A DNA stretch of 64,000 nucleotides from Stegostoma tigrinum (lineage: Eukaryota): contig NC_081365.1 of the NCBI RefSeq assembly GCF_030684315.1, positions 35,305,394-35,369,393 on the forward strand. Reading direction: 5' to 3'. The translations under genes were made by a program, and so were the position numbers. The number at the start of each line of letters is the position of its first letter. The stretch's first letter is position 1. This document shows positions 37,301-50,234 of this stretch, piece by piece. A model generated the notes under the pieces. The model ran no database searches. It saw only the letters and a list, made by a program, of their open reading frames with translations, and was not told the DNA's origin.

Positions 37301-39762
37301 TGAATGCTCTCCCTATTTTCTTTATTTGACCCCTGTTTATGACTAGGATATATATTTGTATGTGGGTGTGTGCACATCTAAAAATTACTTTGCAATGAAG
37401 CCTGTGTAATAGAGCTTGCCCTGTGATTGTTCAAACATGTGTTTTGGTTGCTGCTCCTGATCAAAGTTCCATCAAGTCTACTTCCACATATTCCATTTCT
37501 TACATATTTTCTTTTTACCTCTCCTAGACCCCTCTCTCTGTGGTCACACTTTTATCATTTCTCCCCTCTTCTTATATACTCTGCACTCCCAAATTCAACT
37601 CCAATCAATCAGCATTCCTCAAACTTCTTAGTATTGCCATTCTTTTCTCCTCCCTCCCACACAAAATATTTCTAGCCCTTATCAAATTTCCTCCAGCCTT
37701 ACATTCTCTGAGATATTTGCCTTCTCAAATTCTGACTTCATAAACATCCCCAATTTCAATTGCTTCAATGTCAACTGTACGTTCAATTAAAAAAGTCTTG
37801 AGTTCCAGAATTCCCTCCATTAACCACTTTAAGATATTCCTTTAAGCAAACTGAGGCTCAGTGTCATATCTCAATTAATAATTTTCCTATAAAGTACCTT
37901 GGAATTATTAAAAACATAATTACTGTAACGTAAATGCATTGTTAAGTCCATTTAATATTAATGAACCCAGTATGTTAATTAAATCAAACTGTTGCTTCAT
38001 CGGGAATTAACAATGCTGTATGAATTTGCACTAGCTGTTACGTTGGCATTTTTTCTGTATGATAAGTCTTATGTTCAGAATAATTATAATAATTCCAGCC
38101 TTGACTGTTTCTTTACTCTGATTAATGAAATAGAAAACATGCACACATGCATTAGACAATATTTCTTTTGATGCATAGACTGACAAGACACCTTCACTCA
38201 GACTTCAAATTTGGAAGAAAATACCCAGACTGACAATACTGAAGCTTTAACTGCTACACAAGTTTGTTAAAAATAATAAATAATAAGCTGACACTTTTGG
38301 AATTTACAATAATTGGAAATAACAATTGGAACTACTGCACTAAGCAGTAATGTACGCAATATTCTTGCTAATCCATCATTAACATGGAAAGCTCACTGGT
38401 TTGACTATGTCTCTAAATGCTTCAAATTCCCAAACATGAACAGACTAAAAACATTTAAAAATGCTTGAAACAAACAAGTGTAAATAGCTATTAAAAACAC
38501 AAACTAATTACCATGTGAAAATTTTATACTATGACCCTGTGAAACACCTTAGGATGTTCCAGCATGTAAATGGCATTATGCAAGTACAACTTGTCAACTA
38601 CACATTTTACCTTGCATATATAGAAGTAGATTGTAAGTGTGCTATACTGACATGACACTTCTCCCCCAGTGAAATATCACTTTGGTGGGGTTGTGGGTGG
38701 CAGGGGGTGGGTTTAATAATGTGACAAATTAGACCATACACCCCATAGAGACATAAGAATTTATGATAGGAATATAAAAAGCCAGAATCTATGATTTTAA
38801 AATGACAGAAATAGATCTGTGTCTTCTGATCCAATTATATCTCACCCTTAAAGCAAACCTATTTCATCTGAAGACTGTAATACTTTCTCCAGTAAGGCCA
38901 AGACCCTTAAGTGAAAATTCCAATAAAGGCATTAAACATCAAGACAATTAAATAAATTAACTTAATAATGATGTGGAAAAATTATATGCTTAAAAGATTA
39001 AGTTTTATTCTTGATATTAGAAACATTCACTTGCAAAGAAACATAAATTGCATTAAAAAAAACAGCTTTTCTTGAGCATTTTATGGGAATCTCATGGTAA
39101 GTTCTTACAGATATTTTTTCTTTATCCTAGCATGGGATGTGGGCGTTGTAGTATATCAATGATAGCCCTTGAACTGAGTGTTTTGTTAAGCCATTTCAGT
39201 CCCCAAGTAAGAGTCAGCAACATTGATGTTGGTTGGAGTCACAGGTAGGTTAGACCAGGAAAGGAATGACAAGGGCATATCACTAAAATTTCAGTATAAG
39301 AATTTATAAAAGAACATAAGAAAGCATGAAAAATATGTGGCATCAGGTTGGACATCTACTGAGTGAAAATTCCAAAAGATATGCTACAGAATTATTAACT
39401 AAGGCATTTGAATTAAGTCTTTTGAATAGTCATTATTTTTCATAATATTTATTGCAGAACTGGCCAAGTTAAAATAAATCATTGGCATACACTAATTCTG
39501 ATATGTATAAAAACCTTTAAATTATTAACCGTACAAAAAGTCCCATTTCATTGCTTAACCAAAAACATTGCAAATACTGATGAAGCAAAAGTGTAAGTGA
39601 ATCATCAGATTTCTCAGACCCTGCCTAGCTGAGTCAGAGGCAGACTCTATTGCAACAGTCCATTTTATGAAGTCTGTAATAGGAGTCTATTACAATGTAT
39701 TATTACACATTTCAGAGAGTAGTATTACAATAATTATTCCACGATATGCTTCCTTCAGAGAT

Positions 39763-39933
39763 CTAAGAGCCATAATTAGCTTCGTCAAAAGCCTTTCTGG
39801 CACGTTTTAATTCTTCATTCATTGTCAACAGGTCTTTCACTCTGGCAAATTTCCGAGGATCTTTACGAATAAGAAAGACTATATCTTCTACTTGAACCCT
39901 GCCCTGACGTCCAATTGACATGGCCTTGTGAGT
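39763..39933 (-). CDS. TAF13: TAF13 exon 4
   Basis: THKAMSIGRQGRVQVEDIVFLIRKDPRKFARVKDLLTMNEELKRARKAFDEANYGS* with AG acceptor at 39934-39935; candidate AATAAA on - at 39448-39453. Confidence 0.97.
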   Translation of the reverse strand, partial: THKAMSIGRQGRVQVEDIVFLIRKDPRKFARVKDLLTMNEELKRARKAFDEANYGS

Positions 39934-40926
39934 CTATACAAAAACAAAATTACAAGTATATTACATTTTTATGTACAAAGAAAAAAAATCCAAAAACAGA
40001 CATGCTGCTACATCACATCTGTAGAACTCTGCAAATAAGCTGCAGCACTCAGCTACAATTCATATAAGATGGATAAAGTTGATAACAGAAATGTAATGGC
40101 AGAACATAAAATTTGTCCCAAGTGAGCTGTAATTTCTACTCAGGAGAATACTAATAGGATATGATCCAAACAACATGTTACTGAAAACCTTAAGATACAG
40201 AACTTAACATTTATTTTGCCTATCTGATGTACTTAAACCCAAGATAATACAGTGAGAAACATTCATAATATTTCCACCATTTGGGAACTTGGGTTATAAA
40301 TTTGAGAAATAATGAACAGCTTTAAATTTGATTTCTATTTTTATATACTATGTGTGTATTAAGAGGAGGACAATTTTTAGTTTCTGTTTTTAAATTCAGA
40401 ATGCAATACTGGGGTTGTCTGGAGATTTTTTTTACGAGTATTTTAAACAAGGTTTTTAAAACTCTGAGGTGAATCCTTCAGAGTATTAGAAATGAGCATT
40501 GAACAGAGAGGAAAAAATAGATTGGGCTGCCTAACAAAGTGTCCTATGGCATAGGGAGATAGACCGAAATTTAGAAAGGCAGAGTGCAGGTTTCTTTCAG
40601 AGAGATCATTCAGAAACAAATGGTCTGGAATAGCAGCAGTGCTACTGAGCAATCTCCAAAACAGACAGGTTGCACGTACTCCCAAGTGGCTTAGAATCTA
40701 GAAGGAGAAAAACTTCAGAATTTTTAAGCTGTCAAGATAGAAAGACATCTGACAAAGTAAGAGTTTCAAGGAGGACATGTCAAGGAGTAAGTGATTAAAG
40801 GTAGCAGCTTGTTAAGATTATTAGGAAGGAAGATTTAACTGAAGATAGTACTGAATAAATGCAGAAGTTCGCTGAAAAGATGCTGATTACAGTCATGCCA
40901 ACTGAATAGGGAACTGTGAAGTAAAG

Positions 40927-41117
40927 CATAGTGTGGACCTGGAGGAACACAGCAGGCCAGGCAGCATCAGAGGAGCAGGAAAGTTGACATTTCGGAACAA
41001 AGGGTGCCAACCCAAAATGTCAATCTTCCTGCTCCTCTGATGCCGTCTGGCCTGCTGTGTTCCTCCGGCTCCACGCTGTTATCTCTGACTCCAGTATCGG
41101 CAGTTCTTACTATCTCT
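40927..41117. mobile_element. Fold-back mini-PLE in TAF13 intron 3
   Basis: Inverted pLTR arms of a divergent variant; degenerate flanking duplication tgaagtaaagca / tgaaagtgaagca. Confidence 0.8.
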
Positions 41118-42539
41118 ATGAAAGTGAAGCAAGAGCCTTCACTGAGCTTTATCCATAAGGCTGTGATGAAGCCAAGAAATTTGAATCTCTTATTATAGAT
41201 ATCTGTAATGAGAGTTTCAAATATTTCTATACAGTACAAGACAGTTCACTTTATTTCTTCGTGTGTACATGTTGATGTTGTTTCGTTCAAAGTACACTTG
41301 CAGCTTCTAAGTATATTCAGTGTCTGACATAGTAAACAATAGCATAATAAAACTTATCAAGTCAGGTTTCAGGTTTCTGACTTGTCCAGTATTACCATCA
41401 GTTGAGATAACTATACTCGAGTAATCCCCACTTAAAAAAAGAAATTTCATTAGTTGATCACTGGACAGTCTTCAAGCATAACCTTTAGCCTCTGCTATCA
41501 AGAACTCATGTGCATCATAATGGATAGTAGAACTGAACATTTTCATCACTTACTGGATAGCAGAACCCTTGAGAAAGACTGGATTAGTAGAATCACATTT
41601 GTAAATCAAGAAAAAATAAAACATTGTCCAGACTAAAATGTTGGTTGACTGAAATTACAATGTAACAAACACAAATCCATGAACAGTCACCAATAAACAC
41701 TGTATTGAAATTATTCGCAAATTAGCCTCAAGGGAGATATTTTTTATGCAAGGATTTACTCTGGTCTGGAATGAAGTGCCTTAAAGGATGCAGTTTCAAT
41801 TGTAACTTTCAAAAAGAAACTGGAAATACATCTGAAGAGGGTAAAATTTTCAGGTCTGTGGGAAAAGGGCAAAGCTCTTTTAAAAAGTCAGCATGGGTTC
41901 ATTAGGTCGAATGATCTCAAAAAACAAGACAATAAATGTATGCCCTACCTTCTTTGCCCAGTGGTTTAGACCATAGAGTCATAGAGCATGGAAACAGACC
42001 CAACAAGGTCCAAGTCATCCACGCCGTTTCCCAAACTTATCAACTTCCACTTACCTGCATCTGGCCCATATCCCTCCAAATCTTTCCGATTCACTTGTCC
42101 AAATGTCTTCTAAATGTTGTAACTATAGCTGCATCTACCACTTCCTCTGGCAGTTAGTGTTAGAGATTCTGGACAGCTGACAAATATTTGTCCCCCAAAT
42201 AATACCAAAAACAGACTACCTAACTGACCAGCGTGCTATTTGTAGGATATCCACGTACCCAAATGGCTCTTGGCTTCACTTAGATAATAATGACGGTTTT
42301 ACCTGAAAATGTAATTCATTGTGTGTGAAGCATTTTAAACATTGATTTAACCATCTTAATTGGACTAAGCTGAGCAAAAAAAATGGTGTTTCTGAACTTG
42401 TAGTAAATGCTGTCATAATCCCAAAGTACAAAACCAGAGTTTTTGTTAACACACTGTACTAAATTTTAACTCTACATCTCATGTCATGTTATCTCACAGA
42501 CTTGATTTCAACAATGATAAAATATAAAGCTCAGCTCAC

Positions 42540-42637
42540 CATTTCAGTGATAAATTCGATGACAAGATCCTCCAAGATATCCACCGATTCAGTGTAAGGA
42601 TTCTGGTCATCCCCAAAACCATACATCATACATCTTA
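42540..42637 (-). CDS. TAF13: TAF13 exon 3
   Basis: 98 nt encoding (L)RCMMYGFGDDQNPYTESVDILEDLVIEFITEM; canonical AG and GTGAG sites. Confidence 0.97.
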
Positions 42638-43207
42638 CTGTTTGGAAAGAATATAAATAAGAATGGCCTGTCTCTGTGCTGTACATTATTTTCAATTGTA
42701 CACACTTCAAAAAAAGATTGTAGGATACCCAATTCTGTCATAATTTAGTGATAACTTCTACCCATCAGTTATAATCATTCACTAGAAGTGTCTGACATTA
42801 ATTGTTGACTGGAAGTATGATTATTTACTAAGATCAGAATTACATTACTCTATTCCTTTACTGTAATTAAAAACAAAACAAAATTTAAAAGCTGTGCACT
42901 TGATATGCAAAACTGGGTAACACTACTTTGTGAACTATATAGATGAAATGAGAAAACCCCTATTATGAGCAATTTTTTAAAATCTTCTTATAGAGAAAAA
43001 AATTCAACAATTTCCAATGACTTAAGCCTCAGAAAAGGGTTGAAAGAAGACATGTGTAATTATCATCAGATAGCATTTCATTGGGAAAATAAGAACAGCG
43101 TGGCATAGCTGTAACAGTTAACTTAAGGAGTACAATTATGCTAGCACAAAACATAGCTCCCAAATTTCCCACTATACTACAAATGGCAAAAGCTGAATGA
43201 GTAATTT

Positions 43208-43980
43208 GGAAATAGGGGAGGAGACAGGGATTCTGAAATAAACAGGAGACGGGGGAGGCTGATAGAAGATGGGTAAAGGAGAAGATAGGGTAAGAGGAGA
43301 CAGACAGGTCAAAGAAGCAGGGTTAGAGCCAGTGAAGGTGAATGTAGGTGGGGACTTAGGAAGGGGATAGGTCAGTCCAGGGAGGACGGACAGGTAAAGA
43401 AGGAAGGATGGGGTTAGGGGTAGGAGATAGGGGTGAGGCTTGAGGTGGGAGGAATGGTTAGGGAGGCGGGGACTAGCTGGGCTGGTTTTGGAATGTGGTC
43501 CGGGGAGGGGAGATTTTGAAGCTTGTAAAGTCCAAATTGATACCCTTGGGCAGCAGGGATCCCAAGCAAAATATGAGATGCTGTTCCTGCATCTTTCGGG
43601 TGGTTTCATTGTGACAATGCAGGAGGCCCAGGATGGACATGTCGTCTAAGAAGTGGGGCGGGGTGTTGAAATGGTTTGCGACTGGGAGGTGTAGTTGTTT
43701 GTTGCGAACTGAGCGTAGGTGTTCCGCAAAGCAGTCCCCAAGCCTCTTGGACCTGTTTGTCTCCTCTCACCCTATCTGCTCCTTTATCCATCTTCTATCC
43801 GCCTCTCCCTGTCTCCTATTTATTCCAGAATCCCCTTCTACTCCCCCTTTTCTGAAGAAGGGTCTTGACCCTAGAAGTCGAGCTTTCCAGCTCCGCTGAT
43901 GCTGCTTGGCCTGCTGTGTTCATCCAGCTTCACAGCTTGTTATGTCAGATTCTCCAGCATCAGCAGTTCCTACTATCTCT
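43208..43980. mobile_element. Fold-back PLE fragment in TAF13 intron 2
   Basis: GIY-YIG 3' part on - (43208-43748) joined to an inverted 3' end plus pLTR on + (43749-43980). Confidence 0.85.
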
Positions 43981-44110
43981 GAATAATTTAGAACTGTTTT
44001 TAAGTATTATGAATGAGAAGATGAACTTTTATATTTATGTTTTCAACAAATTACTAAATTGGTAACATTATTGATTTTTAAAAATAAATTTTAGCAGCGT
44101 TATGACTTAC

Positions 44111-44189
44111 ATTCTTTCGAAAATAATCTTTTTCTTCTTCCTTGTCCACCCTCTGCTCCGCTTCCGCTCTCCTCCACATCTTCATCAAA
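44111..44189 (-). CDS. TAF13: TAF13 exon 2
   Basis: 79 nt encoding FDEDVEESGSGAEGGQGRRKRLFSKE; ctgcag acceptor and gtaagt donor. Confidence 0.96.
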
Positions 44190-45371
44190 CTGCAGTGCAA
44201 AACATACTATATACTTTATCTGATATTTTTGTTACACAGTACTACGTATTATGCATTATTCATGTATTTTACACCCAGAAACATGTTGCCTTACATTTTA
44301 TTGTCCTGAATCACCCATGACAGTGTAGATCAAACCAGTTTGGAATACATTTATGTAGAGTATTAAAAAGAAGTTTAATTGCGAAAAATGCTTGCGTAAA
44401 ATTTTTAGGAACACCAAATGTAAGAGCAGCCATTAAAACAATTTTTGAAACTGAGTTGATAAAGTGGCCATTGCATTTCAGAATCCATGCCTATTATTGT
44501 AATTCAAAGGCAGCACTCAGAAGGTTACCTTCAACTATATGCTAAAATAAGTGAGTGGTCTCACGATTTAATTTCTTTGAAATTATATGCGATCATAACA
44601 AACAAGATTCTTGCCTACGTGCCCTTCCACAAGAAGCAAGTGATGATTAATGCTCTGAATAAAATTTCTCCCTCAGTGTGTCCAGTATGCCTCTTAGTCT
44701 TTTTCATCTGGACATCCTTTGCTTGCTGTGATATGCCTGTACTGCTCGTAAACAAATTTTTTTTTACTGTATTTCGGTACACGTGACAATACAATCAATG
44801 ATTTCAATTCCTGTCACTAATCCTACTGGCTGTATATATCTCATTCCAATCCACACACTGATTGCCAATCTCTTTCTCCTTCCATTGGTTGCAGATATCC
44901 CTCCCAAGCTCTCTGTGCTAAGCCTCATTTCCTGTTTTGTTATAGCTCCTTTATCTGCAGTTTCCAGCCACAGCACTAACACTACATTCAGCCTCCCCCA
45001 CAAATATGCTGTATTTTTGTCCTGCAAATGATTGGCTTTTTCAGCTTTAATTTTAAACCAATCCCACTGTTCCCCATCACTTTCTTAACACAGCAATTCA
45101 ACACCACTTCAAATCCCTACTTCCACATTCATTACTACATGTGCCTTCCCAGGGATTGGTTCATTATAATCCACGCTTTCATCCTTAATTTGAAAAATAA
45201 AAATGTTTTCAAAACTGGAAAACAGGGGAAAGGCAAGTAATATTCAGGGCATCATTCTGGATGGAACTATATGCATATGCAAGAAATGTGAAAATGGGAC
45301 AAGTTTGTCACAAACTGTGAAAATATTAAAAATCAAGTCAATCTTGAAAACTCAACACAACTTGTTCACAG

Positions 45372-46173
45372 ATAATAAAATGTGAGGCTGGATGAACACA
45401 GCAGGCCAAGCAGCATCTCAGGAGCACAAAAGCTGACGTTTCGGGCCTAGACCCTTCATCAGAGAGGGGGATGGGGGGAGGGAACTGGAATAAATAGGGA
45501 GAGAGGGGGAGGCGGACCGAAGATGGAGAGTAAAGAAGATAGGTGGAGAGGGTGTAGGTGGGGAGGTAGGGAGGGGATAGGTCAGTCCAGGGAAGACGGA
45601 CAGGTCAAGGAGGTGGGATGAGGTTAGTAGGTAGCTGGGGGTGCGGCTTGGGGTGGGAGGAAGGGATGGGTGAGAGGAAGAACCGGTTAGGGAGGCAGAG
45701 ACAGGTTGGACTGGTTTTGGGATGCAGTGGGTGGGAGGGAAGAGCTGGGCTGGTTGTGTGGTGCAGTGGGGGGAGGGGATGAACTGGGCTGGTTTAGGGA
45801 TGCAGTGGGGGAAGGGGAGATTTTGAAACTGGTGAAGTCCACATTGATACCATATGGCTGCAGGGTTCCCAGGCGGAATATGAGTTGCTGTTCCTGCAAC
45901 CTTCGGGTGGCATCATTGTGGCAGTGCAGGAGGCCCATGATGGACATGTCATCAAGAGAATGGGAGGGGGAGTGGAAATGGTTCGCGACTGGGAGGTGCA
46001 GTTGTTTGTGGCGAACTGAGCGGAGGTGTTCTGCAAAGCGGTCCCCAAGCCTCCGCTTGGTTTCCCCAATGTAGAGAAAGCCGCTCCTGAGATGCTGCTT
46101 GGCCTGCTGTGTTCATCCAGCCTCACATTTTATTATCTTGGAATCTCCAGCATCTGCAGTTCCCATTATCTCT
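45372..46173. mobile_element. Young fold-back PLE family A in TAF13 intron 1
   Basis: About 710-bp minus arm plus about 90-bp inverted pLTR tail; perfect 16-bp TSD cacaacttgttcacag (45356-45371 and 46174-46189). Confidence 0.95.
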
Positions 46174-46605
46174 CACAACTTGTTCACAGTCCAACCAGCC
46201 GCCAGCCTCTCTCAAAGCACAGCATGAATCAAGACATAACTGACATAATCATAGGATTGAGCCTCCTCCTCTGTATCCAAGTATAATTAATCCTAGAAAT
46301 CAAGACCAAGCAAACTAATTCAACCTCCTGGCCATGACTGCTCCTAATGTAAGCAATGATACAAATCACTTGAATGTGTTCATGCATCCTCCTGAGAAAT
46401 ACATACTTGAAATGTACAAATTGAAGGTGGCTTCAGAAAATGTGTGAAATGCATATTTACATGTAACAATTTTATGAAATGTAAATAGAACAACGCAAGT
46501 TTGAATGTCAATTTTAACTACGTGACAAGAATAAATCAAATTTAAAAACCTGAGATTCTTCATGTACCTCCACATGTTACCCTCATAGCAGCTGCAGAGG
46601 ATATA

Positions 46606-47171
46606 GATCTGTCACACATTTCCTGCTGGAATGTGCCTATTCAAAGGAAGTCTGGAGAAAGATGCAGTGATTTTTGTCGCGGTTTGTCCTGAGCAGCTCT
46701 GTGACACAGGACTCTGTGCTCTATGATCTGTTCCTAAGGATGCATGGACTGCACCTGGAGGATCATAAATTTGGTGAAAAACACTTTGGTCTGCCGGAAA
46801 CTTGTTGGTCTTCCAGAAAAAGGAGTTGATCCTGACTGAGTGCTCCAGATAGGCATATTCCGAGGTACAGGTCTACATGCTGAGGGATGCACTAAAGCTT
46901 TGGGACAGCTGCCACCAAGGCATCGTTTAGGGTCTTTCTGCCAAAGTTAAATGGAGGTCTGTTCAACCATCAGACCCTCTCGATGCTTCAAATATATGTA
47001 AATGTGATCTTGATCAAGTAAGAAAGGCCTTTGGTTTGTTTGCTGGATAGAGTCAAACTTCCACGTTTGTTTGCTTTTTCATATGGTCTCTACAGAATTG
47101 AACTGCCATAGGAGCTGCAGGTGTATATAAAGATATTTTATAAATAAAGTATATTTTTTAAATAAATAAAA
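46606..47171 (+). mobile_element. Tx1/L1-like element 3' fragment
   Basis: Homologous to 20830-21250 joined to 22313-22464; HISCWNV/LLECAYSKEVW region; A-rich end. Confidence 0.8.
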
Positions 47172-47559
47172 CACAGACTGCAGTAGTTCAAGAAAGTGTT
47201 TGATAACCAGCTTCTCAAATCAATCAGGGGTGGGCAATAATGACACCCACGCTATGATTTTTTAAAAATCCACTATTATAACCCTAATTTCTCCACACCT
47301 CATACCTTTCACACAGCACATACTCTGTTACTCAAAACAAGTAACAAAAAAATGAAAAATGCCACGGAAGCTGGGAATCTGAAAGTTACAGAAACAGAAA
47401 ACGTAAGAACAAAATACTGAAGAAACTCAGCAGGCCTAGCACACCTTGTTTTCTCAGATTCTCCAGCATCTGCAGTTCCTATCATCACAGAAAAGTAGGG
47501 TCGTTTGCAGCTCCCGATTTTTAATTGTTTTGCTGATTTCAGACTATGGCTGCTGAAAT

Positions 47560-47835
47560 TAGCAAATAGCTCAGTGTCACCGTCATTCAGGGCGTTTCGT
47601 TGCTGCTGCTGGCGGCAAGAGACATCGATCCGAGCCGTGAACATGCTGAAAGAGAGTGAAGTTCAAGAGCCAGACTCACCGGCTGCTCGTCCTCCTCGTC
47701 CGCCATCTTACTCGGAGACAGATCTCAGTCCATTCAACCATACGTCACCAGCCCGCGCGCAAAGCCGAGCAACTGTTACGGATAATGTTGAGGGGTTTCC
47801 AGAGAGACGTCCGCGTCACCAGCCACACGTGGTGG
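47560..47835 (-). promoter_or_regulatory. CpG-rich TAF13 promoter/exon 1 region
   Basis: Local CpG cluster; YY1/TISU-like AAGATGGCGG over the start codon; CGTCA half-CRE sites; CACGTG E-box at 47826. Confidence 0.6.
47680..47706 (-). CDS. TAF13: TAF13 (TFIID subunit 13) exon 1 coding part; the four exons total 375 nt, 124 aa
   Basis: taagATGGCGGACGAGGAGGACGAGCAGCCG|gtgagt = MADEEDEQP; exon phases 27+79+98+171 join in frame. Confidence 0.93.
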
Positions 47836-48005
47836 GTGTGGAGCAGGAAAGCTGACGTTTCAGGCCTAAACCCTTAATCAGAAAAGGAGTTTTGGCGCGA
47901 AACATCATCTTTCCTGCCCATAAGATGCTTCTTGGCCTGCTGTGTTCATTCAGCTCCACACCTTGTTATCACGGATTCACCAGCATCTGGAGTCCCTATT
48001 ATCAT
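47836..48005. mobile_element. Fold-back mini-PLE directly upstream of TAF13
   Basis: ggagcaggaaagctgacgtttcaggcc... followed by the inverted ...gatgcttcttggcctgctgtgttcattcagc...cctattatc. Confidence 0.8.
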
Positions 48006-48508
48006 CTTTACCCGTATTTATTTTTAAAGTTTTCCTTAAGACAGATAAAATGGCACAGATGCCAAATCGAAAGACTTTGTTTAAATATAGAAGTACATTC
48101 AATCTCAAGCCATGTCTTGTTCAAAACCAAATAGAATGCTCAATCTATTTTAACATTATGTTTAATCCCTCATCCTGAATCACTTAGTTTCTTGAATGCA
48201 ACTGGGTGCATTTCAGAGGGCAACAAAAAGTCAACCGCAGAATCAGAATTGTATTGGTACAGAAAAATGCTGTTTGGACTGTTGTTTGCACCAGCTCTTA
48301 AAATGGGCATCATGACTCATTTTTCTACACTTTCCACATCACCTGCATGTCGTTTCTTGACTGCCTCTATTGAACCTGTCTCTGCCATAGACGATGAACT
48401 CCCAACCTGAACTACACAGTAAGTTTTTTTTTCCATATTGTGTTTACTTCTTTTACAAATGATTTTAACTCTGTGCCCCTCATTCTTTGTCCTTTAGAGT
48501 GTTACTTT

Positions 48509-48720
48509 GAGATAGTGAGAACTACAGATGCTGGAGTCATAGATAACACAGTGTGAAGCTGGAGAAAGACAGTAGGCCAGACAGCATCAGTGGAGCAGGA
48601 AAGTTGATGTTTCAGGTCAGGAAATTTCTGAAGGAGGGTCCCAACCCAAAATATCAACTTTCCTGCACCTCTGCTGCTGCCTAGCCTGCTGTGTTCCTCT
48701 AGCTGCACATTGTGTTGTCT
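48509..48720. mobile_element. Fold-back mini-PLE (divergent variant) inside a CR1 remnant
   Basis: Inverted pLTR arms around ttctgaaggagggtcccaacccaaaa. Confidence 0.75.
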
Positions 48721-48961
48721 ATTTCCATGTTACTCTGACCACATTGCTTGTGATTTTGAAAACTTCATTAATCTCCTTTCATCCTGTTCCTCTCCAAGGA
48801 AAACAGCCCCGATTTCTTTAATCAGTTGATTAAGAAAAAACATCCCTTAAAAATGATATTGCTTTCCATGTGTTCTTATAAGGATTCCTGATAATGTGGA
48901 CTGATGAATGGTATACACAACAGAAAATGTGAATAAAACAAACTGCCTGCAGGTTGGGAGA

Positions 48962-49161
48962 GATAGTAGGAACTGCAGATGCTGGAGAATCTGAGATAAT
49001 TAGGTGTAGAGCTGGATAAACACAGCAGGCCAAGCAGCATCAGAGGAGCAGGAAGGCTGATGTTTCAGGTTTAGACAAGGGTCTAGGCCCGAAACATTAG
49101 CCTTCCTGCTCCTCTGATACTACTTGGCCTGCTGTGTTCATCCAGCTCTACGCCTTGTTAT
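48962..49161. mobile_element. Fold-back mini-PLE
   Basis: Inverted arms; perfect 14-bp TSD tgcaggttgggaga (48948-48961 and 49162-49175). Confidence 0.92.
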
Positions 49162-49316
49162 TGCAGGTTGGGAGAATCTGCAGTGAAAATTGGCAGGAAC
49201 TTTGATGCAGGTTTGTGATCACAAACAGGTTAAGCTATGAAGGATAATTTATTTCCCTAAAGGACAAATGTGCCTCAAGTTTGTTTAAAATAATTCAGTT
49301 TATTTATTTAATTAAG

Positions 49317-50234
49317 ATGTGGTAGTAGGGGGGTGGACAAGGTCAGAAATCATGCAACACCAGGTTATAGTCCAATGGGTTTATTTGAAAACACGCTTTC
49401 GGAGCCTTACTCCTTTTTCAGGTGTTTGTGAGAGGTAGTCTCAGACACAGAATTTACAAGTAACAGATCAAAAGGTTACACCATTGATGTGGATGTACCA
49501 AACAAATCTAAGATGCTGTTAAATCATTAACCAGTTGAAAATTTTAATTGATTATTATGTATACGTAAATCCCTGAATTCCTTTCAAGTCACTGTCCTGT
49601 GAGAACCAAAGGCTTTACCAGTGTCAAGAAGAGGGACATTTTAGATCAGACAATGCGACTTAGGTGTGAGCCCTTGTTTAGAATCATTTTTGTGTTTTAG
49701 TTTGGAGTCAGACTGGTTTTATTTCTAAATGAGGAATTTATAAAACACCAAATTGACTGTCTATGAATTGTGTGCTTTTTGAACAAAACAGAAAGTGTGG
49801 TGGGGTCACTGGTAGTGCAGTATGAACCCAAGATCCCATCTGAGGCTGTCCTCATGGGTACTGAACTTGGCTACCAGCTTCTGCTCGGTGACTCTGTGCT
49901 GTTGTGTAACCCAAAGTCCAACTTGGAGGATGTTTACCCGACGATCTGAGGCCGAATGTCCTTGATTACTGAAGCGTCCCCCACTGGGAGGGAACATTTC
50001 TGCCTGGCAATTGTTGCGTGGTGTCCATTCATCTGTTGTTATAGCATCTGCATGGTTTTAAAATATTGTTTAGTACATCCTCATCAATAGTGTGACCCTT
50101 TGATCTTTTACTTATAAATTCTGTGTCTGATACTACCTCTCTCACTAACATGTGAAGAAGGAGTAAGGCTCTGAAAGCTTGTGTTTTCAAATAAACCTGC
50201 TGGACTATAACCTGTTGTCATGTGATTTCTGACC
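49317..50234. mobile_element. PLE family B, fold-back, with GIY-YIG C-terminus and a different pLTR/hammerhead
   Basis: Minus-strand QQMNGHH...LPVG..F...GHSASD...EQKLVAKFSTH...DLGFILHYQ*; inverted arms at about 49339-49475 and 50096-50236; TSD ttatttaattaag (49304-49316 and 50235-50247). Confidence 0.85.

Noticed and set aside
47505-47855. 116-aa plus-strand ORF over the TAF13 promoter as a divergent gene
   Set aside because: Non-ATG start, no recognisable homology, antisense to a GC-rich exon, and it ends within a pLTR
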